Shown here: positions 51,470 to 64,000 of the stretch, one piece after another
How positions within the stretch are numbered: the first letter of the stretch is position 1
How the letters are laid out: each line of letters begins with the position of its first letter
Assembly: GCF_009834535.1 (NCBI RefSeq)
Contig: NC_045696.1
Span: forward strand, 95,544,001 to 95,608,000
Direction: 5' to 3'
DNA length: 64,000 nucleotides
Source: Camelus ferus
Taxonomy: Eukaryota
Position numbers and translations under genes: made by a program
The notes under the pieces: generated by a model
Databases searched by the model: none
What the model saw: the letters and a program-made list of their open reading frames with translations, nothing else
What the model was told of the DNA's origin: nothing

Positions 51470-52160
51470 TCCATCACTATATTATGAAAAATTTCAAACA
51501 TACCACAAACTTGAAATTATTTTACAGTAAACACCAATACACCTACATTTATCCTTGCTATTAACATTTTACTTTATCATCTATCCCATCTATTTAGCGA
51601 TCCTTCTAAAATCCATCAATCTAACAAATCTTATTTTTTGATATATTTCAAAGCAAATGTCACACTTCTCTGTACATACTGCAACATACATTGTTAACCA
51701 GGATAAAATATTTGTATATTCTTTTTATATAAAACTTATTTACAATAAAGTGGGCAAATCTTAGGTGTAAATTTGTTCCTTTATGACAAAAAATACACTC
51801 GTGTAAACTATATCCCTGTTACCATGACCCTTAATCCTTTTCCAGTCAATTTTCACCTCCCTTCCCTGAGGGATATATTGTTCTGACTTCTTTATGCCAT
51901 AGATTAGTTTTGCCCATTCTAGAATTTTATATAAATGTAATGGTGCAGTATGTACTCTTTGGGGTAAGGCTGCATCCACTCAGCATAATAGTTTTGAGAA
52001 TCATTCATATTTTTATGTATAAGCAACATATTCTTTTTTATTGCCAATTAGTATTCTACTATACGAATATACTATGGTTGGTTAACTCATTCTCCTGTTG
52101 TTAGATCCTGAACTATTTCCAGTTTGTAGCTCTTATGAATAAAGTTGGCATTGGAGTTGG
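51470..52160 (-). mobile_element. Old L1 3' ends (L1MD/ME)
   Basis: 'tatgaaaaatttcaaacatac', 'catagattagttttgcccattctagaattttatataaatg'. Confidence 0.8.
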
Positions 52161-52446
52161 TTTATTAGAACTACACTGATGATGATTTTTAATAACTAAG
52201 TGGACTCCAGTGGTTTGATTTTTCAAGCAACAGACATGAGGCAAATGCACTAAAGAATGGTTATAGGAAAGAATGCATGGAGAGGCATAAATCCTTTTGG
52301 GAAAATCTTCCTTATCTGACATGTTCAGAAGAGACAGTATAGATCAGGCAACAGTTATCTGAATCTAAGAACATAAATCCTTCCAGCCCCCACTTATTGT
52401 TCTCTGGGAGGATTTTGACAGAAAGAACAAAATCAAACAAACTAAT

Positions 52447-52500
<54 letters not shown>
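52447..52500. repeat. (AAC)18 trinucleotide microsatellite
   Basis: Direct reading; source of the poly-V ORF. Confidence 0.95.
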
Positions 52501-52503
<3 letters not shown>

Positions 52504-55244
52504 AAAGCTGTTGAATATTTGAGATTGTGGAACAGCAATCCTTGAGATACACAACATCCAACTTCATATGTGTACTGCTGTCAAGGCGAGGGTTTTCCAA
52601 GAAGGTATCCTGAGTGCAAGGTGTTTCCTATCATTGAGACACTCAAACTCCTGGCTTTGGACAGACCTTTTAAAACGAATTACCAAAAAACCGCAAAGAA
52701 TCTTGGCCACTTTGTTGGGGAGCTTTGGGGTCCTTTTGATGTCTGCTTTTGGCATGCCAAAGGGTAATTCACACAAAGATAAAAAGCATTCACGGCACTA
52801 AAAGGCTATTCTTAATAGATTAAAGCTTCCTAGCTGGTTCAATGACAAAGGTCTTTCAATACGTATTTTCTTTCTCCTCGAGAGTAAATATGCAATCATC
52901 CTGTGTAAATAATAAGAGAAAACTACACCAGTAGAAATGAAGCCACAGAGTTTTATGATTTAAAGGCAAATGAAACAGAATGAGGTAAAATGAAATGCCT
53001 AAGATCAGAGGAAGAGAATATATGTTTTCCTAGAAGAAATTTAATTTCTTATCCCCAATATTCTTTTGTTCAAATTTTTAAACATTGGCTGTCTTTCCCA
53101 TAGGCTCCTATTTTGTCAGTGACCTAGGTGTTATTTACTCCACAGCACACTCTCCTTCCACCTTGACTTCTTTCTGACAAGGTTATCACCAAAAAGGAAG
53201 TGCAAATATTCTCTCATCTTGCAGGGAGATGTAAGGCAACACTGGAGGGTGTTATTAGAGATCCAAGAAAGAAAGATCCAAGTATAGTCACAACCTTTAA
53301 GAAATTTATGGTGTAGTTCAGACTAAATTATTACAGGTGGGACCCCAAGAAATGTGAAGAAGGCTGAATAAGAGCAGGTGAAAAAGATAAAGCATAAACT
53401 TTAAGTAGGGTCAGAGGAAAGTCAGACCCAAGGAACTGATTAGACTTAGAACAGGCCTTAGAGACCTGATCTGACAAGGCAGAGAAAGTAGGGCTGGGGA
53501 ACTGGGTGGGGGAGCATGGGAGAAGAAATCAAGGTAAAGGCTGCAGAGAAAGGACAGTGAATAAGAGGATAACAACCTTTGGCTATAGTATTTTCTGCTG
53601 TTCCCATGTACTCTGGAGATTAGATATTAAAACAGGTGCAAAATATTCGTTTGTAGGGATCATTGGGTAGTTTATTAACTTGGACATTCATTTTGATCTT
53701 TGTACTATATCCCTCAACAGAATTTTACAGCCTTTGAATAATTAAGCATTTAAGCAATGTTTATTTCTGAAAGACACTGACACCTCTGAGGATATTAAAC
53801 TTAGAATTTCTTGTTAAATAAATGTCTGAAATGTTTGGATTTCACTTTTTTAGATGCAGAGAGTAGCTCTACTGTTGACATAGGAATTTTTTCCTCAACA
53901 ATTTTTCCATTAAGGAATTTACAAAAGTAAAAGAGTTATGTTTGCTTTTACCTGAAAAATGGTTGTATGGATATCTTGAACGTTATCCTCTGAGCTCCCT
54001 GACCCTATTTTCGTCTGAAATAGACTTTCTTATACATAATTCAAAATGAAAGGGCAAGGAAATGGATAAGGAAGAAGAATAAAAATTGAACAACTCTTTT
54101 AGGACAAAGTCTGAATTATTTCTTTAAATTTGTTATTGCTATTGAGCATACTCTATTAAATCAGTTATTAAATATGATCAAATATGGATCTTTATAAAGT
54201 TATTAAAATTTTTACTATCCCTTTAGATTTTTTATATCTTTTGGGTTTTTTGTTTGTTTGTTTAGGCAGTTGTCAAAAAAAACTTAACTATTCTTCAAAA
54301 GTTTGTTTTTAATGTTTGACAATATTAGTACGTGACCAGAAAAGAACATACGAAGCACTATATTGAAAAGGAATACCTGTTAGTATTTGCAGAAGTAAAA
54401 CTAACTCTCTCTCCTTTCCCTGCTAAGTCCAAGTTCTTCCTCTAATTTCTTATGTTTACTCCAGTAATTTAGATAGCCTAACTGGATCTCAGGTTTTTTA
54501 ATCTGAAAGATAAAGAGTTTTATTTTACTACATAATCTCTTTGTTTCCTCTTAGTGTTAATATTTACTTTAAATGATCATCTAAATTATTAAAGAACTGA
54601 TCATAAAGTCAGAGGATTAAATACCATGAGGTCATAAAGCAATAATTACAGAGCAACTTCATAAAAATGAAAAAATACAAAGGAATTGGTATAGTATTTT
54701 AATTTTTAAAATATTTTGCTGTGATTATAAAATGAGAGACCAAAACTATATTGGTTAATCTATTTAAATTTTTTCATATCAAATTTTAAATTTGTTAACA
54801 TAACAAATAAGATGGTATTAGAGTACTTAAATAGAATGAATTCCTTCCTAAAGTTCCCTAACGTTAATTGCTCTTATTTGGGGTTAGAAAAAAAAAAAAG
54901 ACACTGCCAGTTGGGCATATTCCTATGGTTATTTTTTCCTGAGACAAAAATATGACATCTTTTATAATCTGAATATCTCTTATTCCTAGTGCTTCACAGG
55001 GACAAAGTCTCCCTGGACTATGTCTTTCTCACTTACAGAAAGTAAAAAACATAATAAAAATAAATAATAAAAAAATATGAAGAGTCTTGCTGAAATCGTC
55101 TAGATTTATATAATTTCTTGCTGCCAGGACTAGGAAGGGCCATATTACCTATTTCCAAAAGTCAACAGCCCAGGACAGACGTGGAAAGACTATGTGCCTA
55201 ACTCAACGTTCACTTACATTTTACTTGGATTTTGAGGTGCACAT

Positions 55245-55685
55245 TGTGAGGTGTGATCAAAATTACTCTTCAGGAGTGAAATACTTAGTCCCCTAAAACC
55301 CAAAAGTGCTACTAGAAGATGGCCCCTGTGGTCTACTCTTCTTGGGAATTTCCTTGGCCAGAGACAACTCCCTCACCCAAGGCAACACTTCCTTCCAGGA
55401 AAGCCCATACACGATGGCTCGTTAATGCAGAGACATAAATGCTTGGCCCCCCACCCTCACTACAACTCAGGATGATTCTAAAGGGCCATCCCGGCTTGAG
55501 GGCTGACCAGGTAGTCAGTTGAGGCTTTCAATGGGGGTTCACCAGAGTTCAACTTCTCCCTCTGCCCAATCCTGCTTTCATCCCCTCCCTTATCAGGTGC
55601 TGATCCTAAGAGCACTCCTAAATTAACGTGCTACATGCTAATACCCATCTCAGTGTCTGCTTCCTGGGAAACTCAGCCTATGACA
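55245..55685 (+). mobile_element. LTR16-family ERVL LTR (5' LTR of a truncated provirus)
   Basis: Ends 'caggtgctgatcctaagagcactcc...catgctaatacccatctcagtgtctgcttcctgggaaactcagcctatgaca'. Confidence 0.85.
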
Positions 55686-56720
55686 GAGGACGGCCCACAT
55701 TAAAGTAGTATAAGAAAACAAATGCTATTATGTTTAGGGGGGTGGGTAGCCTAGAGGGCAATAGGCACTCCATTATTGTTTCCTCAAGGAGTACAGACAG
55801 CCCGTGGGACAAGTTAGCAGTACAAATGCTCACCATTGGTGAACTGGGATGCTCTGTCAGTGGAGAATATGGTAGCTGGTGTGGTTCATAGATACAGAGA
55901 AAGCAGTAACTATGGGGACAATGGAGTTAAATGGCTATTGTTAAACTCAGTGGAAGTTGGGAAAGATGACAAAAAGCTGAGAGGGATTAATCAGCAATTA
56001 AAATCTAAGTGTGAAAGCCAGATAGCCTATAAAGAGGCTCACGTTTTCTGAAGTGAGATAGTAGAAAATGCTGAGGCCCAGGCCCAGGACTTAATTCTCA
56101 GAGTAGTCAAGCTCCAAAAAAGGTTAAAGTTACAGGTCTCTATGCTGTGTTCAGAGTCCTGTTTGGGAAAGAATGGAAGCCTGCACATGGAATGGTCACA
56201 TCTGCGTTGATGCACATGAAATCCTGATTCCCTAGATTCCTCTGGACTCACTGAGCATTGAGAAGTGGCTCACTTCTCTCTAATAAAGGCTATTATTTCC
56301 CCCTCCCTTGAAAGATAACATTTCACTGCCCTCTCCCCACCTGGCCTTAGGATCTTCCTTAGCCTCCCTTCCTGGCTGCCAGGCCAGTAACTAGGATTAT
56401 GTCCCGATATAACCTGGCTAGAGATATTCTGAGTCACCTAAGGAAGGAAAGGATGAAAGAGCTTCAGAACTAGCCATTATGTATCAGCAGGAGCTGGGAG
56501 ATTACTCATGGGTCTGGATTATGATGGACTGAATTGGGAACACACACTCTTCTGGAATACAAAATCTTACACCCTAGATAGGATATCGGGAAATGGAACA
56601 TACATCTAGGTAACTTTTAGAAACATGAAAAAAAGTGATGGCTCACATTAAGATGGAAATTCCAGAGCTGCCATGATAGATGATGAAAGAAGGGGTTTAA
56701 AGGCCCAGAGACTATTCTAA
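55686..56720 (+). mobile_element. ERVL (HERV16/ERV3-16A3-like) internal gag remnant
   Basis: Directly follows LTR16. 'gaaaatgctgaggcccaggcccaggacttaattctcagagtag...gggaaagaatgg...tggaatggtcacatctg' is typical of ERVL gag; the 55836-56051 ORF is a degraded piece of it. Confidence 0.75.
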
Positions 56721-57124
56721 ATGCACGGGAAAATATTTACTTTCAAAATGGACATCTAAAATCTTCTGGATTTTAAAGGAGTCCTGGAAAAATTCCTTTA
56801 TGTATGTTGCTTTCTATATTATTTTAAACTCCTGTCCCCTACTCACAAAACAAGGTGATTCTTCATAACATTACAAATACAGAAATATTTCTATTTCTAT
56901 TATCTCTTTCACCTTTTTGTTTTCCTAACAGGACCATGAGCTTCTCAGTTGAGTGGTTTTTTGGGACCGAACCTGCCCTCTTCTCCACAAGTAGTTCTGA
57001 TTGAATCAAATAGCCTACATCTTTGATACTAGAGAGAGTTTGATTCAAGGACACATGACTAGAGTCAGGCCAGTTAGGATTACTCATGACTTTTACCTAG
57101 AGAACAGGGAGTTTATGGTCACCT

Positions 57125-57355
57125 TCAAGAGCATGGATTTTGATGTTAAATAGACTCAGATTCAATTCGTGGCTCCAATATTTATTATTTGTGTGATACT
57201 TTATAGGTCACTCAATTTCTTAAAGTCACTTTCCTCCTATGTGTGATAGTTAATAATAACTACCACATGCGATTATTAGTGAATGTGAAGAAAGAGTACA
57301 TTACAGGTTGTTAACAAAATGGTTAAAACATCCAAAATGGTTAATAGCTGTTAGC
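57125..57355 (+). mobile_element. MIR SINE
   Basis: 'agagcatggattttgatgt...gattcaattcgtggctcc...aataactaccacatgcgattattagtgaatg'. Confidence 0.65.
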
Positions 57356-57413
57356 TTTTAACTGCAGTGCAAAAAAAGAAGTCCAAGGGAGACTCCTATA
57401 TTCCGAATCAATA

Positions 57414-58373
57414 CCACTGATTAGAACCACCATGAGACATGAGCAAGTCAGGTGCTGCACTAGAACCCATGCCTCAGGGTACTCATGCTTTTGAATGCCT
57501 TCCTCAAATATTTTTGAGTCGCCCTCTATTACGCTTGGGACCAGCTCCAGCTTGCAGTGCTAACTGGTTGGGGTTCTCTGAAGCCCAGACCTGATGGACA
57601 TGATCCTGGTTGTCGAGATGTACCAAACTCGAAATTTTCAAAGTCGCTCTCCAGTGGCTGGCACTGTCTAGGGCCTGCAGTGCAGTATGGATTAGGTGCT
57701 CCAAGCCTAGAACAGTTTCCTATTTCTTCCTTTTAGGACATTCTTACCTCTCTACCTTGGATATGGAGTTGCCAAGATATCCTGAGGAACATTGCAAATT
57801 GTGCCTATAGTTGAGGAAGGTGTCCTGATAGGCAAATTCCTCCCATTGGCTGGTGAGGTATTTCTTTCATGGGATCATGCAAGACCAGTAAACCAAAATA
57901 GTTCTGACATGCTGATTTGGGGTGATCACTTATGTTAGACACTGGATTTGTTCAGAACTTGCAGCTACCAGTGGTCCATTTCTGACCTTTAGGCTTGAGC
58001 CCTGTGTGTAGATGTGTCAGCTGGTTCTCACCCATGTATGTTCCCACTGCAGTGCTATCTCTGGTCTATGGCACTGAACAGTAGTGGTGGAATCCTTTAC
58101 AACATGGTAGAATCCTTTATCCCTCATTGCTAGGACCTCTGCAGGTTCTGTACCAGCTCCACCTGTCTCCTCCAGGGGCTTTTGAGACTGGTGCTCCTCA
58201 ATGCCAGCGCAGCCTTCTGATTGATGTGGTAACACTGCACTCTCCTGGGTCACTCTTAAGCTGTAGTGTTTGAAGGATGGACATTCTTTATGCAAGTGGG
58301 ACTCCTCTTCTCACTCACATGGGCCCCTCATCTATCTTCTTTGCTGGTGATGGTACGTGAAAGGCTAGGGTGT
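57414..58373 (-). mobile_element. Decayed coding-like segment, probably an ancient RTE-X (L4-like) LINE ORF2 C-terminus; a processed pseudogene is not excluded
   Basis: GC-richer island. Minus-strand frames with stops and frameshifts give motifs collinear with recalled RTE-X ORF2 C-termini: 'KGFHHYC', 'CKF*TN', 'HLDN...PNQLALQAG', 'VQHLTCSC'. No poly(A). Confidence 0.45.
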
Positions 58374-59199
58374 AATCAATAATGAAAGAGATAACACTCT
58401 AGGAATGCAGATATTACAGACTAAAGAGTTCAAGAGAAGACACAGAAGATGTGCTGTGCAATTTCTATACTACAGATTGCTGAATGATGAATTTAACATG
58501 ATCAGGATATGAATTACCATTCACATTTCAGGATATCCTGGGTAAGACTTACACATCTGGTTATCTTCAAAGAAGCAGAGTAATAACTTTAGAAACAATC
58601 AATAAGAGTCAATATTCACAAGTGGCACAATGGTTGATTTAGCACCACACGTGAAAACGCAACCAGCATTTTAAAAATTGTATTAAAGATCTGGAGACGT
58701 AAGAATATCTTTATTATTTCAATACAAAAAAGTTAGGAAAAACTGTGCCATCATGAGCAGCAAAAGTTTTGCTCTTTTTTCTCATAGAGGGAGATACAAA
58801 ATTAGCCAGTAACAGCACATCTCATAGTAGTAATGAATGGATTTGATAATAAAGAGATGGTCTTTAGACCTGAACAAGAAGAGGTGGTGGCTGGGCACTA
58901 TGAAGAATCTTGAAGTGCACTTATTGTACAGTAACTGCGTATGTAAGTACCTCTTCTCTACTCTTTATTTAAATTCATTATTGAATCACGGCGCCCCAGA
59001 TGGGCCCTTGAGTTTTATAACACATAGTTTAATCAAGTTGTTTTTATAGACAGGAGAAGCGCCTCAAGTTTTTGCTCCAGCCTCAACTCATGTTACTGGT
59101 GCTCTGCTGGTGCATCTAGTCATGCAGGCTGTACAAAAGAATTACAGACAGCTGCATTCTCATGGGCTTTAAGGAGAATGACACCAGACTGTGCAATGG

Positions 59200-60036
59200 A
59201 GACAGAATTTTAATGCCATTTCCATCTTGTAATGCCTTCTCTAGCCCCCTGTTCTGCATTTCTTCCCACCCTTAGATTTTTCTTCCTCTTTTAAGATGTT
59301 TTTTCCTTAACTTTTGAATATTCTAAAAGAACACTGTCTTACCTCTTCCCCACAATCACTACAGTCAAAAGCCCAACAATTCAACCTAAGTTATGGATCC
59401 CAAATCCATTCCATCCTGTCCATTTTCTTCAGTAATGACCAGGTTATTTAAATAAGCTCTTCCCCTACCTTTGTCTCTCCCCAACCCCAACTCTTACATG
59501 AAGGACCATATTGCCCTCAAGTAACCAGTATATAATGGATACCCTTGTTCTCCAAAGTATTCAGGATAAAATTTGCACCCCTCAGTAAAGTACACAGGAC
59601 CTTCTATAATCGCACCTTAACCTCTATTTACTGTTCAATTTCTTAATGTTTATACCATGGTCTTGATCATGATTCCTATGATCATCCTCTGAAAGAAAAT
59701 AAGCCTTAAGTGTTTTGTACATGCTGACCCTTTCTCCTTAGAAAGTCTTTCCTCACATTGTCTATACGGCAAGGTTTATCCTTGTAAGACACAGCTGAAA
59801 AAAATTTTTCCTGTGATGATTTACCAGGCTCTTCTGGGCAAGTTTAACAGCTCCCTCCACCATGCCTCCTACTATTATGCATTTATCACATTACACTTGG
59901 AATTACCTGCTTGTATTTCTGTCATTGTGCTAGACGATGAGCTTCCTGAAGCCTGAGATTATATTTTATTCATATCTGTACTCACAGTGCATGAGGAATG
60001 GGTGCTTATTAAATACATATATTAATGAGTGAATAA
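59200..60036 (+). mobile_element. L2 3' region
   Basis: 'ctagacgatgagcttcctgaag...catatctgtactcacagtgc...gtgcttattaaatac...aatgagtgaataaat'. Confidence 0.75.
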
Positions 60037-60074
60037 ATACCCCAGGATTCTCTCATGCATTTACCATAATCCCT

Positions 60075-60725
60075 TTTTTTTTTTTTTTGCAATTTATGTA
60101 TCTTGATTGATATTACCTGTATGTTGAGACATTATTGTATTTATTTTTTTTGGTTCTTTGTCCCTGGTTTCCTTTAGCCCTTTGAGCATATTTAAGACAG
60201 TTGTTTTAAAGTCTTTGTCTCATAAATCCAATTTCCAGGCTTCCTCAGGGACAGTTTTTGTCAATTTCTTTTTTTATTTCAAATGAATGGATTATATTTC
60301 TCTGTTTCTTTATATCAATTGCAATTTTGTATTGAAAATTGAACATTTTGCATATATTACAAAGTGGTAATTGTGAAAATCAGATTCTCCCCCATTGCCA
60401 GGTTTTGCTGTTGTGACTTATTATGAGCTATAAATCATCCATTTTTCAGTGACTTTTCAAACTATTTTTACAAAAAACTATATTCTTTGATGCATGTGGT
60501 CACTGAAATCTCTTTTCCACTATCTCAATGTTATCTCAGGCGGGCAGTGAACTGTCAGAGATTTCTTTATTTCTATTTTTATATAATTTATTTAAGCTAA
60601 AACCAAAAACCGAAAAGACAGTTCACTCATTCTCTCACCATCCCCTCACAGCCTGCCTCTTCTACCCACCAATCTTTTCTCTGTATCTATGAGCTTGGTT
60701 TTGCTTTTTTTTTTAGATCCCACAA
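60075..60725 (-). mobile_element. Old L1 5'-region fragment plus a short younger L1 3' UTR piece (~60570-60725)
   Basis: 'tttgagcatatttaagacagttgttttaaagtctttgtc', 'caccaatcttttctctgtatctatgagcttgg'. Confidence 0.7.
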
Positions 60726-61249
60726 ATTTTTTTTGCAGAAACATAGTTTTCTAGTCAAGTTTACAGTACACTTGTAACTACAGGTACTACAGACATAACT
60801 CATTATTTTCAAAATTAATCATCAAAAGTTATTAATATATAACAAAAGATATATATGAAAGTTGGAAGAGACAAAATGACTAAATATTTTATAAAATTAT
60901 TTAAATCAAATACTTTTTAATTATGGCTATTTTTGAAAGTCAGTTTTCTGTCATTTAACCTGCCTTACTTGATCCTACCCATATTGCTAAGTAATTGAGT
61001 TGAAAGGACTGAGGCTTATGAAAGGAAACCCATAAGCAGAGAAGGAATCTAAATTATAGACAAAAAGATTTGGTTATGGATGGAGAAACCTTGGATCTGT
61101 GCCACCAAAAATCTGCTAGCCAGGTGGATGGGGGTGGAATATAAAAATAAACATAAACCCAAAACACCCAAATAACTTTCCACCCAAAATGGGCCTACAA
61201 AGTGAACATTACAAAATACAACAAGAAATCTAATGATAAGAAAGACAGC

Positions 61250-62015
61250 ATTCACACCAATTAGGATGGCTATATTACCCAAAAACAAAAACAAAAAATA
61301 AAAAACCAGAAAACAACAATCATTAGCAAAGGTATGGAGAGAATGGGACACTAATGAATTGCTGTTGGGAATGTAAAATAGTGCAACCACTTTGGGAAAC
61401 AGTATGGCATTTCCTCAAAAAATTAAAACTAGAATTACTCTATGATCCAGCAATTCCACTTCTGGGTAAATATGCTGAAAAGAATTGAAAACGGATTCAA
61501 ACAGGTATTTGTATACACATGTTCATAGCAGCATTATTCACAACACCTAAGAGTGGAAGCAATCCAAGTGTCCGTTGACATTTAAATAGATTTTAAAAAT
61601 ACATATATATATACACACACATACATATATACATACTATATATGTGTATATATATTTAAATATATATATACAAACACAAACACAACATATATATATGTTG
61701 TATATATATGTATATATATGTATATACACACACACAAACACTGTACAATTACATGTATATGAGGTACTGGGCTGGTAAATTTATAGAGACAGAATGTAGA
61801 CTGGTGGTTGCCAGGAGCTGGATGGAAGGGTCAAGGGGGAATTAGTATTTTATGGCTGAGGAGTTTCACTTGGGGAAGAAAAAACAAAGCTGTAGAGACG
61901 AATGGTAGTCATGGTTGTATAACAATGTGAACATACTTAATGCCCCTGAACTGTACACTTAAAAATGGTTAAAATGGTAAATATCATGGTTTGTACATCT
62001 TGCCATGACAAAAAA
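61250..62015 (+). mobile_element. L1MB-type 3' end containing a (TA/CA)n tract at ~61590-61740
   Basis: 'tatgatccagcaattccacttctgggt...gaactgtacacttaaaaatggttaaaatggtaaa'. Confidence 0.85.
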
Positions 62016-62191
62016 GGAAAAGCATACAAAATTAAATAGAGTAATATTACTATTCCAGGTAAAATATTTAAGTATCTTTAGCATAAAGTCTAAAATAAGT
62101 CTAATGAAAATGCTGACACAAATGTCAGATAGGAATATACTGTATTTGGATATGGAATGATGTTGATAGGATCCAAGGTCTGTAATTTCAT

Positions 62192-62245
<54 letters not shown>

Positions 62246-62344
62246 AAGATAGAAGAAGGAAGGAAGGAAGGAAGGAAGGAAGAAGGAAAGGCAAGGAAGG
62301 AAGAAAGAAAGAAAGAACAGAAAGAAAGAAAAGAAAGAAAGAAA

Positions 62345-62401
<57 letters not shown>

Positions 62402-62418
62402 AAGAAAGAAAGAAAGAA
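62192..62418. repeat. Compound (GATA)n-(GGAA)n-(GAAA)n microsatellite
   Basis: Direct reading. Confidence 0.95.
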
Positions 62419-62419
62419 T

Positions 62420-62800
62420 TTCCCTCCCAAATATATCACTTCATTGCCACAAAATGGCCGCTGCATTTCTAGAATCATTTCCACACTGAATGCAAGAAGG
62501 CAGGAACAGACTTTCCTAATGAGACTTTCCATTTTAACTAGAAAGGGAAGGCCTACTTAAATACTGTCCTGATATACTTCTCTCTCCATGACTAATACAA
62601 ATGGCCAATTTTACATTATTCACCAGCCAAAGAGAATGCAATTATCCCAAACTGGTTTAGATTAATCACAATTTGTAACCTGAAGATGGAAAGGGGCCTA
62701 ACCCTCTCCCCTCTGCCCTCTGCTTCTCACTTTCTGGAAAAATCAAGGTTATGTTTGCATTTAAGGAAAGGGGAAATGGCTCTTGGGTATGTGATGGAGT
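62420..62800 (-). mobile_element. Old MaLR LTR (MLT1K/L-like)
   Basis: 'cacaaaatggccgctgca...ctggtttagattaatcacaattt...ggggaaatggctcttgggt'. Confidence 0.6.
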
Positions 62801-63399
62801 CTGAAACATTTAGCAGAAAGAAAAATGAACCCAAAAGAAAGTTGTGGGAGACAAGAAGTGAGCAGACACTGATAAAGTATATTGGTAAATCAAATTTTTG
62901 TTATTAAAAAATCTACTTTGTAAGTTTGTTTATAAAATGAATAATAGCTGAATTGCTTTGTAATAGAGTAATAAGTGACACTAACTGGTTAAGTTAAAAT
63001 ATGACAGGGTCTTTTTCATCTTCAGGAGAGACTGAAATATTGAATCAAAAGACTTTGTTAAAAAAACATGTAGTTAATATGTTTTCTAAGAATTTAAGAA
63101 TGGAATCTACCAATTCCAAATTAGCAAAGAAAAACCAAACAAGGCTGTTTTTAGAAAACTTGATCACTCCAAAGCCCTAACAACAGAAAAAAAAAAAAAA
63201 AAGAAAGAAAGAACAAAAAGGAAAACATAAGAGGAAATTTGCCAATTAAAAAGTAGAGATTATCAGTTTGAATAAACATAAAAATTCACTTTAGTCATCC
63301 ATAAGAGAGAAAAAGTTGAAAAGAATAAAGCCACACTTGTTTTCTGCTCTCGATCTGAAAATGTTAAATATTGTTGAAACATTTTTATAGAATTTGCTC

Positions 63400-64000
63400 T
63401 AATAGCATGCTCCTTGAAATCCCACCCTCTCCTGAAATATGTGTTCGACCTTTCTTTATCTTTGTACGACTTCTATTCATATGAATGCGTCCCTGAACAA
63501 TATATTTATCATTTTTATATCATTTTATATTTTTAAACTTAATATGATTGGGAATACAGTATCTAATCTTCTGCAACATTCTGCTTCAACATTGTATTTG
63601 TGAGATTTATACATGTGGATTTTTTTCATTGTTGTTGATGAGTAGTGTTCTATTGTTTAAATAAACAATTCTTCACGTTGGTTACTTAGGGGGTTTTCCC
63701 CCAAATTTTTGTAATTACAAACAATGCTGCTATAAGTTTTCTTCTACAAATCTCCTTGCTCACATATGTAAGTCATTTGGGCTATATACCAAAGAGTGAA
63801 ATTGCTGGTTTATGAGACATGTTTACATATTCAACTTTACTAGATGTTATAGAATTGCTCCAATTTGGAGGTCTTGGATTGTATTCCCACCACCAGGAAT
63901 GAGAATTCCCATTAACTTACATTCCCATTAATTTGATATTGCAAGACTGCTTAGTTTTTACCAATCTTATTGGTATGAAGTTGTTTCTGGTTGTGATTTT
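63400..64000 (-). mobile_element. Old L1 (L1ME-type) 3' end running off the window
   Basis: 'caacattgtatttgtgagatttatacatgt...gtattcccaccaccaggaatgagaattccc'. Confidence 0.8.

Noticed and set aside
52564..52801. Three overlapping ORFs with a possible donor near 52762
   Set aside because: No recognisable protein in any frame and no credible acceptor.
53491..53512. Canonical G4 motif GGGCTGGGGAACTGGGTGGGGG
   Set aside because: Lies in a degraded L2-like purine-rich stretch with no other supporting context.
53944..53965. Second minus-strand CAG|GTAA recursive-splice-like site
   Set aside because: Weak donor (gtaaaa) and short pyrimidine tract.
57414..58373. Identification as a CLK, SF3A3, MOV10 or Kelch BACK-domain pseudogene
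   Set aside because: Only short coincidental motif similarities, without the collinear high identity expected of a mammalian retrocopy.

Overview
This is mammalian genomic DNA, AT-rich and dominated by transposable elements. A tRNA-derived SINE and the young L1 3' ends point to a camelid (camel, alpaca or llama). There is no recognisable intact multi-exon protein-coding gene, and almost all ORFs in the supplied track are spurious (microsatellites, antisense L1/LTR). Most of the window is layered repeats: old L1ME/MC/MB fragments, L2, MIR, MaLR (MLT1), MLT2, LTR16 with ERVL internal sequence, LTR33-like LTRs, hAT-Charlie elements, two younger ERV1-type solo LTRs with 4-bp TSDs, and a ~3.6-kb 5'-truncated young L1. 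The first ~7 kb appears to hold the last three exons of an unidentified + strand gene, including an 11-nt micro-exon and possibly a premature TGA. The best second-look items are: a tail-less retrocopy of the 5' half of tRNA-Ser(GCT) cut at the anticodon loop; a solo LTR with a phased array of 8 CCAAT boxes plus an octamer; a ~950-bp fossil of a probable RTE-X (L4-like) LINE ORF2; an orphan signal-peptide-like exon (or recursive-splice-like site) on the - strand; further in-frame candidate micro-exons; a poly(A)-only L1 insertion; and a 22-bp palindrome containing a CArG box. I found no convincing new biological system. Repeat-family names and boundaries come from recalled consensus similarity, not from a database search.
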